A stretch of 64,000 nucleotides of DNA from Lama guanicoe (Eukaryota): contig MU054001.1 of the NCBI GenBank assembly GCA_013239625.1, positions 3,168,151-3,232,150 on the forward strand, read 5' to 3'. Below, piece after piece: positions 26,480-38,194 of the stretch. Within the stretch, counting starts at the first letter, position 1. The number at the start of each line of letters is the position of its first letter. Both the position numbers and the translations under genes were made by a program. The notes under the pieces were generated by a model. That model worked only from the letters and a program-made list of their open reading frames with translations, had not been told where the DNA came from and ran no database searches.

Positions 26480-28309
26480 TAGACAAGTAAGAGGAAATAT
26501 TTCATACGGAAACGCCCTAGTTAACTTCCTAGGTGTATCTGCGCTAATTTGAAATATCATCTCTAGCAGTCCCTAGACAATGAGTTTGGAAAATTCCTCT
26601 TCAATTTATTTTATGTTGCTATTTTATTTTATTTTTTGATTTGTTCAAGTAAATATATTCATCAATATTTTCTTTATTTGCACAAGTAAATATATGAAGT
26701 CTCCAAATATTCACTAAGGATTTGGTTAAAAGAGCTCTAAGCACTATTTTTAATGTATTAAGACTGCCCCTGGCTATCTTCTTTAGTCTTGACCAGTAGA
26801 CGCAGCTAATTAGGTTGAATATTCCAGAGAAATGGAAGTCCCTGCCGAGAGAGATAATTCAAGCCATTCCCTATTTTATAATGAACATTGTAAAAAATGA
26901 TTTCTTCATTATGAGAGGAAGGGGCCGCTCCGAGGGGGTGGAAATCAGCAGAAAGAACGCCCCTCAGGTTTTGCCAAGGGAACGTTTTGCACAGGTACAG
27001 ATCCTTAGCATTTAAAAATGTTCTTTGACGATCAAGCAGTCCCACTCTTCCAAGCCAATCATTTTTCAACCTAAGATCAAAAGTGACATTTTAAAAGAGG
27101 CACATAAAGAAAGAGAAGGAATTGCTGCAGTTGAGTAATTCCAAGGGCTCGTCGCCTTGTATATAAATGAGTTCTGTGTATAATCTCGTGCTCCTGTGTA
27201 ACTCGGACCCGAGCTCTCTGCCAGGAAATATCTGCGGCCACTGTTCAACAGGATATGGCCCATCTTGCCTGTGGCTCTACTGGCTCTGAACAGTACACAG
27301 TGCATTTTTGTCCCGGGGTGGAGACGGTAAAGGGCACCTTTATTTGCTGGCTGCAAGTTGACTTTGGATGCCCGGTCACACTCGAAGCTCACCACTTTTG
27401 GATGTGGGATGTTCCTGGGACTTTTCACCGAACAGGCCACCCTGAGCTTCGCCCCAGAACTGCATGTATTTTGCTGCAGACAGCAACACTGTTTCCTCGA
27501 CGTGTGTACCCTTCTGGAGACATGGTGAAGTAGAGTGATCTCCCCGCAGCAGCCAGGAACATCCCAAGAGACTCCAATCAGATTGTCCAAATTTCAAGCT
27601 ACTTTCCCATCCTGCTGCATAAAAAGGCCTATTCACAGTTAATCCATAGATCTAGAATAACCGATGTCTCAGCCTAAGAAGCCAAGAGGTAGCACCACCA
27701 CCTTTCCATTTTCCATTTTAAGTCTTTCTTTATGTCCAGCCCAAGTCATGCCTCATTAAATATAGAGACAGGAAAGCTGGTTGCCCACTGGTCATATTCT
27801 GCACACTGGGAACCCCCTCTAAGTCTGAGCACATGCTCAGTATAATCACTTCTGACCCTCACTGCCTGCTGCACAAGTCCTGATTCTTTTGCTTGAATTT
27901 GAAGGATCTGTATCACCTTGCCTCAAACTATCTAATCCGTGCTGTATCCCCACTGGTCACTTACATTAAACCTGCTGCCTCCAACTCTCTGCTCTTCTTG
28001 GGATCCTAAATTTGTCATACTTGTCCCTGCCTCCCTGCCTTTGTTCACATTGTTTCTGAGCCTTGACTTCAAATAACTCCATGCTTGTATTGATGGATAA
28101 TTGTTGATGGAGTGCTGGATATGAGTCAAGTCCTGTGCCAGGTCACTTAACATCTGGTATATTATCTTCCCTGCACAACGGCCAAGGAAGGTAAGTATAT
28201 TTAATCCTGTGACACCAAACAGGAAACGGAGGCCTGGAGATCAAAGCAGATGCTAAGATGCCTCCCCAAGAGCTGCTTCCCTTTTTGAGACCAAGGCAAC
28301 ACGTTCTCC

Positions 28310-28670
28310 TTCCTGCTGAGGGAGTTGCGTGCTGACAGCTCACACTGTCGGCCTCCCAGGAATTAGAGGGGAGCTGCTTTTCTCTCCTTGGAGGCAGCCC
28401 ACATCCTGTGACTTCTTGGTGCAAGAATATAAAGGTCTGGACCCCTTGACTTAATCTGGGACATTTCTAGAGGCCCATCCCTAGTCCAGAGCTCCCTGTG
28501 GGGTCAGTGGAGGCCTCTGGTGTTACAGCATCAAGTCTTAATTTCTTCTCTCCCCAGCCTGCTTCCCCCACCCCTCACCAGCTTTGCCCCTGAGATCACT
28601 GCCTGCTAAACCTCCCGCATACAAATCTCAGAATCTCAGAGTCTATTTCCTGGGGGATCCAACTTGAGGA
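28310..28670 (+). mobile_element. LTR16-like ERVL LTR
   Basis: TATA-like aatataaagg; ends caaatctcagaatctcagagtctatttcctgggggatccaac. Confidence 0.6.
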
Positions 28671-31079
28671 AGAAGGCGGCTTTACGGGCCCCAAATCAAG
28701 ACCAAGTAAGTGGTAGATCTGGGATTCAATCATGATTCTGTGTTCTTTTCTTTTGCTGCTCCTTCCCCTATTGAAAGACCACCCATCTTTCCCTTCTCAG
28801 ATGGACACAAGCTCTTTTTTGAGCCTCTCCAACTCCAGACACTGCAGCAGAGGAAAGTGTGGGAAAATGTGGCGGGGGTGGGGGCAGGAGGAAGTGTGTG
28901 AGCTCATGAATCCAGGGCCTCGATGTGTTTTATTTGTCCTGTGTTGGCCTTTAAAAGATTAGTCAGCATTTTTTAAATCCACAGATTTCACTCCAATATA
29001 CAGATTTCCAACTTCTCTTAAAAAATCAGAATAGCCAGGGGTTACTAGGTGGTCCCATGGTTGCTTGAGCACAACACCGGCGATTGGGTCGTGGTGGCCC
29101 CTGTAGACACTGCCACTGGCTGCCGTCTGCACCATCCGCAAGCAATCCCTGACACGGGGCCGGGGGACAGCTGTCATTTATCATGTTGCTGGTCAATGTT
29201 TACTCTTTTAATAGGGAAATGGGTCTCTATATGTGTGTCCCTACCAAAAAATTAGAAAAATTATAAACATAGGCCAGAAGATTGCATATTTAAAGGGGAA
29301 AAAATGGGAGAAAGCTCTGTGGGAGGGGAATGAGAGGGAATCTTAATTTTATCTGTTTAATGTGTAAACAGAATGGGTGAATTCCAAAAATACATGTCAC
29401 ATTGGCCAGTACATGGTCTCCCCAACACCTATGGAAATTAAAGTTTGGTCTGCCAACAAGACCAAGGAATGGCATGATGAGTCAGGTTTTGGTGGTGGTT
29501 TAGCAGAAATAGCCCCAGATTTGGAGCCCAGGGAGAGGATGGTGAGGGAGGAGAGGGGTCTGTTCCTGCTTCTGCTATGATACTGTCCTACGGACAAACC
29601 CCAGAACCTGCCCAAATTCAGACCCTACATTAGATAATCTCAAAAGTTCTGCCCGACTGTAAAATCCTAAGATCTGTGATTTGTTTATTACTTTGAATGA
29701 TGAAGTTTGCCCAAGTCATAGACGTATGAGCACCCAGGTTATGCCTGGTATTTCTTCGTATCTCTCACAGTGTAAAGTGGAAGATAAGCATTGTTGTATA
29801 CATCTTGATTGATTAAATGACTGCTCTCCAGAGCGCAAAGCTAGGATCTTTTTCACAGGGAGAAGGTAATAAAGACAGCAGACTTCCAGCTAAAGAAAAA
29901 GAAGAAAGCCAACAAACAGAGATGCGTTACAGATAGTGGGAGCTGCACACAGCATGGAAGAAAAGTAACCACAGTTCACAAATGGAAAATGTCGTAACAA
30001 TTCTGGGGAAAAAAAAAAGAGTCAAAAATGAGTTTCCTCTAGCACTACAATTTCTCATGAACAGAAAGGGCCCTTTGGTCGTAGTCTGGAGGGAATTGAA
30101 ACTCGCTACTCTGGAAAATCGATTCATCAGGATGAGAGAAAGTCACAGCTTTCTATGTGAGATCTCCCTCTCCTGGCACCCCCTTTTGTTTCAGAGGCAT
30201 GTTTCAGAAAGGCTGGGGGGGTGTCTGAGATTGATATGAATCACCCGGAGTTTGGCTAAGCCTCTACTCCCTCTTTGATTCTCTGCCATTATTCTAGGCA
30301 TCATTGTTTTAAGAGGATTTTTCCTCAATTATTTCTTCAATCCAACTGCCTTCTTCGTTTAGACTGATGCCACACTGCAGCTTCTGTCTCATTTTCCTTA
30401 AAAAGCCAATCCCTTGATAGGTATTGAATGTAACTTTCCTAAACCCTGAGGAAGTACGGAGAGGTTCCATGTTGTACCATGATGCCTTCCACCATCTTGC
30501 TGTCCCCTCACTCCTTTCTGGTTTCAGTGCCTTCCAAAAGGCCATGTTCCCACCCATTTCTCTCCCCAGCACACATCTGAGAAGAGTAGCCTGGACCCCA
30601 TCCTTCAACTGCTTCTCTTTTGAGAAAAAGACCCTACAAGCTGACCTACTTAGAATTCCCAGGTCCCTAGTGTTCTTGTGAACAAAAATGTCTTCATCCT
30701 GCTTGCTGTAAGTATGTACCCTGGGCATGGCATCTATATATTTTCTCTGCCTGGCACCTACATTTGATTCTTTGTCTAGAGGACTGAATGCAATTTTTGA
30801 TGATTATTTAGTTTAACCCCTCATTTCACAGCTAGGAAAACTGAGGCCCAACAAAATTCAATTCTTCTAGAATTCCTAAATTTAAGTCAACTACTTCCAC
30901 CAATGACCAACAGAAGAAATAACTCTTTGTTCCATGTGGAGAACTACTGATCATCTTTGTTCCAAAACCATATATAACTTATGTTATGGGTGATACCAAA
31001 AAAAAAAAAAGTCAAAACAATTCTTTAAAAAATACTTAATGTTTGCCTTACACTTTGATATTAGAACTTAATGTTCACA

Positions 31080-31580
31080 TCACGTGGAATGTGTATAATA
31101 AGTGCTGTGGGGGAACAGCTTGATGGGGTGACAAACAGACCCAGAACCATCAAGTACACGGCAAAGAGGTTTGATGCATTGTGGGAAATTCCTAGAGCTA
31201 AGGGATTGGGACCTGGAGGAATCATGGGCTAGGGGATCTAGTGGCATGGGAGGTGGGTAGCTTGGGGGCCAGATGGGAGAGGGTACAGCCTTGCATGATA
31301 GTTAGGATTTTATTTATTTTGTTTGGTGGGTAGTGGAGTCACTGAGAAGGTCCAAAGAGAGAGGAATTTGGTATATTTCTGCTTTTTGCATCTACAAGAA
31401 GGTAGAAGATTGCCCACAGAGGGGTAACGCTGAAAGCCAAGAAGACATTTAAGAGGCTCTTGCAATGATCCAGATGAGAAAGGATGCCAGAGAAATGGCC
31501 AGAGAGGGAAGATAAGGGAAGATAAGGGAGGGAGACATTTTAGGGAACAGAATCAACAGGGCCTGAGGAGCAGCTGAACA
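31080..31580 (-). mobile_element. L2 fragment
   Basis: Purine-rich L2 body: aagaggctcttgcaatgatccagatgagaaagga...ggagacattttagggaacagaatcaacagg. Confidence 0.55.
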
Positions 31581-32367
31581 TGGCCAGCAATCAACAAAAA
31601 CTAGGCAACTGAAGCATCTTTGTCCAAAGAGCCACTTACTTGGTAATTATCATACTAGCTGGAGTATCATTTTTATATTTAGACTGCAAATCCAACCAAT
31701 TACCCCATGCTTTCAGCTCCAAATGCTACAAAATACCTTGGCCAAATTTAAACATACATTTAGTAGATGGCACTCCTACTAATTTTCTAGTCCTCAACTT
31801 AATCACACATAAAATTTTCCAGTAGTTTCAAAATCCAAGAGTCGTCAAGTTCTGAACGTTCTAGAGTTCATTTTATTGCTGTTTCCTCTTCTTCATAAGG
31901 CTAATTTCAAATGTGGCCTCTTGCTAGGTCGTAAGTTGATAATAATGCCACAAAAAAACCCTAGACAGATAGCTGGAGGATAAAAGAGACAACAAAGGCA
32001 CAATATTCTAGTTTCTGATTTGGGTAAAAATCAGTCAGTGCTATTGACAAACCAAACAGTGGATCAGAGTTGCCAATGCAAATGCCTACACAGTGCAGGC
32101 CAGTAGCCAACAAAGTAGAAAGGTTTGGGTGTGTGCACATTGTATGTGTGATGAGTGCTGCAGGAAAATGGAGAACATACATCTAAAGAGGCAGCTCCTA
32201 CCCCTTTTTAGCCTTTGGTTAGCCTGCAAAAATGCTGGTTCAATGTTACCAGATGTTCTGGGTTTGCTCACCAATAGGTGAAAATTTGGCTAATATTTTG
32301 AAAACTCTGGAGCCAGACAAACCACAGCTGCTGGACACATTCAGCCCATGACCTATGAGTTTGTAGA

Positions 32368-32505
32368 CTTGTTATTCAAAGTATGGCCCGGGGACCAGTA
32401 ACATCAGCATTCCCTGGGAGCTTGCTAGAAATGCAGAATCTCAAGCTCTATTGTAGGCTTGCTCAAGCAGGATCTGCGTTTTTAACAAAGTCGCTGGTGA
32501 CTGCT
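32368..32505. mobile_element. MER5A MITE
   Basis: tcaaagtatggcccggggaccagtaacatcagcattccctgggagcttgctagaaatgcagaatctcaag. Confidence 0.8.
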
Positions 32506-32765
32506 TTCCAATTCAGGGGTGAGAAGTGCCGGCTTCCGTAACCTCATGCACAGAGCCTATATGGTTAGTTTCTCCCTCCAGATGCAGAGCAGACATGCAG
32601 AAGAACACATTTCTGTTACCGAAGAAGAGCATGGGCTGTTCTTTGGAGCCAAGGGAGGCAACATCCCACTCCACCAGGGCCCCCTTTGAGTCGACTCCAG
32701 AGGAGTGACACAAGATGTCTTCTAAAGCCCGCACATCCCTGGTTGGGGGGTAGGTGTGTCTTATG

Positions 32766-33058
32766 CAGGACTGGGACTAGGTTGAGGCCAGAGGCAGTTG
32801 CTTCAGGTGTAAAATTTAATGAGGGCGCCAAACCACTCTGCAATTAAGATAGTAATGCAAGAATCCTTTCATGCAGTATCATGCTAATAATTAATTATTA
32901 ATAAAATGATCATTTGATGCATCATTGTGTTTATTATCAATTCATATTAATAAAATAATGCTTTAATGCCATTTTAAAATTCGAAATTAATGCCAAATAA
33001 ACCCCTTTTGAACAAAACATTAAAATTTTCATCTCGCCTCCGCCTAGTTTCAGCTCTG
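32766..33058. mobile_element. hAT MITE (MER96B-like) with an AT-rich palindromic interior
   Basis: Imperfect TIRs caggactgggactagg ... cctagtttcagctctg; internal gtaaaatttaatgagggcgccaaa. The family name is from memory. Confidence 0.6.
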
Positions 33059-35604
33059 CTTCTGTATATGCCATTTTTGAATATCTTAATAACTTATTAT
33101 TTCCTGTTATGTAGACTGGTCTCTTAAAAGCCATTGGACAAGATGTGTCATTAGAAACTTATAAAAATAAATTTAATAAAAAAATGTTCCAATTAGAAAA
33201 ACATTTCATTCTAACCCCGGAGAATCTAAGATGCTTCAGTCCAACAGGCTGTATCGTCTCTGGCTTAGCCTGGAGCCATCCAGCCTTCATCCCTCGCCCG
33301 CATCATCTGAGTGCCAAATCAAGAGCTAAAGCCACTGTTAAGGAGGAAAACGTTGCTTTGTTCTTCTCCTTTGGAAGTCCAGTAACCTTAGAAGAGGAGA
33401 TAGGCTGGAAATGGGGCCTTGGAGGGCTGGCAGGGATGAAAATAACCGTGAAGCTGCCTTTGTGTGTCTATTTCACACGTCGACTTCCGCTTCAGGGCCA
33501 GAACCTGGAAGTGTCCCACGGTCCAGAAGAGATGAAACTCGAGGTGGGAATGAATGAGTGACCACTAGGCGTGTTTCAGTTCCTGTCTGGGGACTAGCAG
33601 CTGTAGATAGCAAGAATATATGAGCTTTTCTTACCGACTAGGCAGGCTGGAACCTGGAAGGAAAAGCTGACCAAGTGCACCCTGAACAGCAGCACTGGGG
33701 AGGCTATTTCTCAGTTTTTCTCGTGGTGTTGGTGTCTGTATCCATTCGGGCACAATGGGCTCTTCCACTGGGAACTGACTTTGTGAGTAAGCAAGTGAGG
33801 TATGGAATGAGCCAGATGGGCTTTGAATGTAGTATCAGAGCGCGTCCAACTGTTACAATGCTAGCACGTAGCAGTAGCACTCAGCCTGTGATCTTAACTG
33901 AGGGCACCGTCCCAAGCCTCGGTTTCCTCATCCTCACAGGACAGACATGAGTTCATGCCCATGAAATTCTTTAATATGTGACCTAGCATGGAACCTCCTG
34001 AGAGGAGGCAGCAACCATCCTCGCCAACCAAGTATAAGATTCCAAAGACAGAGGTTCTCTATTTTATCCCTGGCACTTAGCAGTAATTTACATTCGCATA
34101 GTCAATTTAAAGTTTCAAAGTACGTTCCCTTAAAACCATTCTATTGTGTCCTCCCAACATTCTAATGAATTTGGCAAGGCAAGAATTATTATCATTATTT
34201 TTAAATGGAAAAACCAGAACCGTTGGTAGACGTGTCTTCTGGCTTTGAGTCCAATAATATTTCCATTGCTCTGCCCTTTCTGTTTTGCAAATAACAGGGG
34301 CTCAATACATATTTGTTGAATATACAATTTCAGGGAGCCAAAGGAAAAGTTCAAAATACACATGCTCTCATCCTACACCAGAAAAATGCAGAAAATGCAG
34401 AAAAATGTTGGGTTTTTCCCTGATGATACATTAGGAAGTTGCTCAAGGTGAAACGATTGATCTTTAAATAGCTTCGAATCCCCCACAGCATCAAGAATTA
34501 TGCAAACATAGTAACTGGGATTAATTTTTCTGGCTGATTGATTTATATATGATCATTGATATATGGATATTAGATGTTTGCTTACATTAGATGTTTGCCC
34601 ATGTTTTCATAAATAAACAAAACAGAGACCGGTGTTCATGTCAATTATAGTAAAGTGTTAACTGACCCTCAGCCATAATCTGCTACGGCCACCACCATCA
34701 CCACAGTCCCACAGGGAGGAATTTTGTACTGACTTAGCCAGAGCCACCTCCCCTCTGCCTGGGCAGTCAGAGCTCTTTGGGAGTTCATCTTTCACAAACA
34801 CATTAGAAATACTGGAGCCATTCTATGGGTCAGTGCTGAATTTAAGGAGCTACATATCAACTTGAATCAGACTGATTACAACTCCTCTGAACCTAATTGG
34901 CACACCCTAACTGCATTCATGTTTTATTAAAAGCAACTTTCATTACACAGACGGTGCTGTCAGAAAAATAAATTACATCTGCAAGTACTTAGGTATAAAA
35001 TTTTGCAGATAACTTCCAGTCGTTGGTAATTTTATATTAGAAACTGCTTTTCCAATACATGCTGAAACTTTGTTCATCAGTATTAAACACACTTTACCTA
35101 CCACTCTTGGAATATTTATAGGATTTGTAATATAACCATTTTTTTTCTTCTTTAGAGATTTAGTAAACTGTTTTCTGCCAATTTTACTTTTGGCAGCCTC
35201 CATAGGCCCTTTGGAAACTATAAATTGGTTTGCATTTTATATTCCACTGTTTACCCCCACCCCCCGAATAGATTCCAATTCATTTTTTTAAAAAAATTAG
35301 TGGTAGGTGTTGGCGGCAAAACAAATGGGTTCTGCTTGAAACCACAACAAATGACTCATATAACCTTACAGACGGGAACATAAAAATGACCTATTTCATG
35401 CTTTAACTCTGAATACCATATTTGAATTCCCACGATGGGGAGTTTTTGTTGACTACAGGATTCCCCACAAGTTCCCTTTTCTGAAATGTATCCTTAATTT
35501 GCATATATGTGTCACCACCACCGATGTTCCAAGTTAGATCCTTGTATTACTTCAGAATGATTTTTCAAGTGATGAACATCGACTAACAGTAGTTTAAGAA
35601 AACA

Positions 35605-37810
35605 AAACTCTTTATTTTGTGATCATTTTAGACTGAGAGCAGCATCGCAAGGATAGTACAGAGAGTTCCCATACACCCTCACCCCACATCCTGTAACATC
35701 TTACATAACCGTAATACATTTGTCAAATGCAAGAAATTAACATGGGTGCAATACTCAAGTAATCGACAGACTTCTTTTGGGCTTGCCAAGTTTTCCCACT
35801 AATGTCTTTTGCTGTTCCAAGATTCAATGCAGGATCCCCCATTGCATTTATTTTTTATGTCTTCTTAATCTCCTCAAATCTGTGACAGCTACTTAGCTTT
35901 TCCTTGTCTTTTATGACCTGGAACGTTTTTGAAGAACACTGGGCAGCTCTTTTCTATAATGGCTCCCAGTTTGGGTTGGTATGATGTTTTTCCATGATTA
36001 AGTTAGAGTTGTACTTCGCTGGGAAGACTACCTTAAGGTGAATGTCCTCGACACTGAGGGCACGTGATGATGCTTTATCTTAATGGTGCTGTTAACCTTA
36101 ATCACGTGGATAAGGCGGTGACCACCAACTTTCTCCACTGCTAAGTTACTATTTTTCCCTTTGCAATTAATGCATATTTATTGGGGGAGAGGGGAGGTAG
36201 TTCAAGACTAGGCAAATATCCTATTTCTCCTTAAACTTTTGCTCACTAATTTTTAACATCCATCCGTAGATCTTACCTGCAACAATGGTTACTGTGGCAT
36301 TCTGATGATGATTATTTTCTTCTTCCTCATCTATTAACTGGAATTCCTCTGTAGGGAAGAGCTGTCTTTTCTAACCCACATTTTTATTTATTCGTATATC
36401 TATTCATCAGTATGCAGTCAAGGATATTTATTTAATCTTTAGTTTACAGTAATCATATTATTCACTTTTGTTGCTTCCATTTTTCCCAATGCCTTGGTCA
36501 TTGGGAGCTTTTTCAGGTTAGCTCTTGTGACCTTGTAACAGGCACCTCTTCCTTTTTTTCTAAAACCACTTCTTTGGTTTCTGGCACCACAATATGTTCC
36601 AGGCTCATCTCAGATTTTCCCTGCCCCAGCCCTGCAGTCAGCCACTTTTCCAAAGAGTCTTTGTTCCTTTTACTGGAGAATGATGTTTAGGTACTAGGAG
36701 TCCTTGCTGATACTGAGATGTAACTGTTTTTGTGTCTTCTCAGGAGACAGAGCTAGGAAATGGGTATCTGTGTATGTATCCTAATCCATGCTTACACACT
36801 TACCTGTATTTATTCTTGTATCTACCTCTCTGCAGATACATTTTTAAAAACAAGGAATTTTTACTGATACTGCTGACTCTTCACCAGGCTGCAGGGTTTT
36901 CTCTAGCCCTCTTCACTTCCTCATATGTAACTTCTTCCTCTGACAAAGAGAAACCCAGTTTCTCACTCTCTACAATGTATTTACTTATGTCTCCAACCCT
37001 GGTGTACGTAGAAAGTAGTTTCAGAATTGCTAACCCTGCTCCTGGGAAAAACTAATTTACCAACTGGAGAACAGTGTCTGCCCGCAGTGCTTTTTGCCTT
37101 CAGCCTTAAGGTCAGAACAATATTTTCCAGTTACCTAAGTTAGTTCCTTTCTTCCCCTCTCCCTTCAGTGTGGTTATTACTCATTTGCAACCAAGTTTTC
37201 ATTCATTTATCACAGGCTGTGTTCCATCTCAGATTCTCCCTGCATCCTGGTTGTTTTTTTCTTAAATATACACCAAGGAATGTTCCTCTTTGTGGTGTAC
37301 AGTGCTATAGACATCAACAAATTCATGGAATTGTGCACCCAACACTTACAGAACAATTCCATCACCTCTAAGTTTGCTGGAGCTATGTCCTTGTATCCAA
37401 CCCACCTCCCCAGTGCCCACTCCCCACTCCTGACAATCACTGATCTGTTTTCAGTTTCTATCAAAGCTTTGCTTTTTCCAGACTGTCATGAAATGGAATC
37501 ATACAATATGTAGTCTTTGGGGTCTAGCTTCTTTCTCTTAGCAACATGCATTTAAGACATATCTTTGTTTTTTGTGTCAATCCAGAGTTTGTTCTTTTCT
37601 TTATTCCTCAGTAATATTCCATTGAGGGGATCCATCACATTCTCTTTACTTATTCACTTGTCAAAGCACACTGGGTTGGTTTGCTCATTCATCATGCGTT
37701 CAGTATCATATCTTAAAAATTCTTTAACCCCGAATGACACAACTTTATCCTCTGTTGTCTTCCAGAAGTTGTATAGTTTTATGTTTTATATTTAAATTAT
37801 TGTATGATTG
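35605..37810 (-). mobile_element. L1MB/L1MC-type 3' region
   Basis: gtacagagagttcccatacaccctcaccc...ttttcccactaatgtctttt...aatggaatcatacaatatgtagtcttt, typical of an antisense L1M 3' end. Confidence 0.8.
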
Positions 37811-37990
37811 CATCCCCCCAAAAATGTCCAGGTGTTGTGTTGTAGTTCTCAGCAGTGAATGAGGAAGGTAATTTGCTGGCCATCTCAGCAGCAGAGGCAG
37901 GAGCAGCAGGCCTGGTGCAGAAGCTGGAGATGCTTTGGCCCATCCTCCACCCTCTGAGAGCTTCCTGGGGGACCTGACTACCAGCACAAG

Positions 37991-38194
37991 GTAACTCACT
38001 GAGTCTTTTTTTTTTTTTTCTGGTATGTCTTAGTTTTTTTTTTTAACATTTTTTATTGATTTATAATCATTTTACAATGTTGTGTAACTCACTGAGTCTT
38101 TTTTTTTTTTTTCTGGTATGTCTTAGTTTTTTTTTTTAACATTTTTTATTGATTTATAATCATTTTACAATGTTGTGTAACTCACTGAGTCTTT
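37991..38194 (-). mobile_element. Very short young L1 3'-end insertion with a double poly(A) and an 18-bp TSD, tandemly duplicated (period 93 bp)
   Basis: gtaactcactgagtcttt occurs at 37991, 38084 and 38177. Between copies: T14-ctggtatgtcttag-T11-aacattttttattgatttataatcattttacaatgttgt, the same L1 3' end as at ~7615. Confidence 0.9.

Noticed and set aside
34568..34598. Short local duplications (attagatgtttgc twice; also at 31503, 34380, 53820 and 6821)
   Set aside because: Ordinary slippage duplications with no further structure.
37991..38194. CRISPR-like repeat-spacer array
   Set aside because: The two spacers are identical L1-tail sequence, the context is mammalian and there are no cas genes; the repeats are TSDs.
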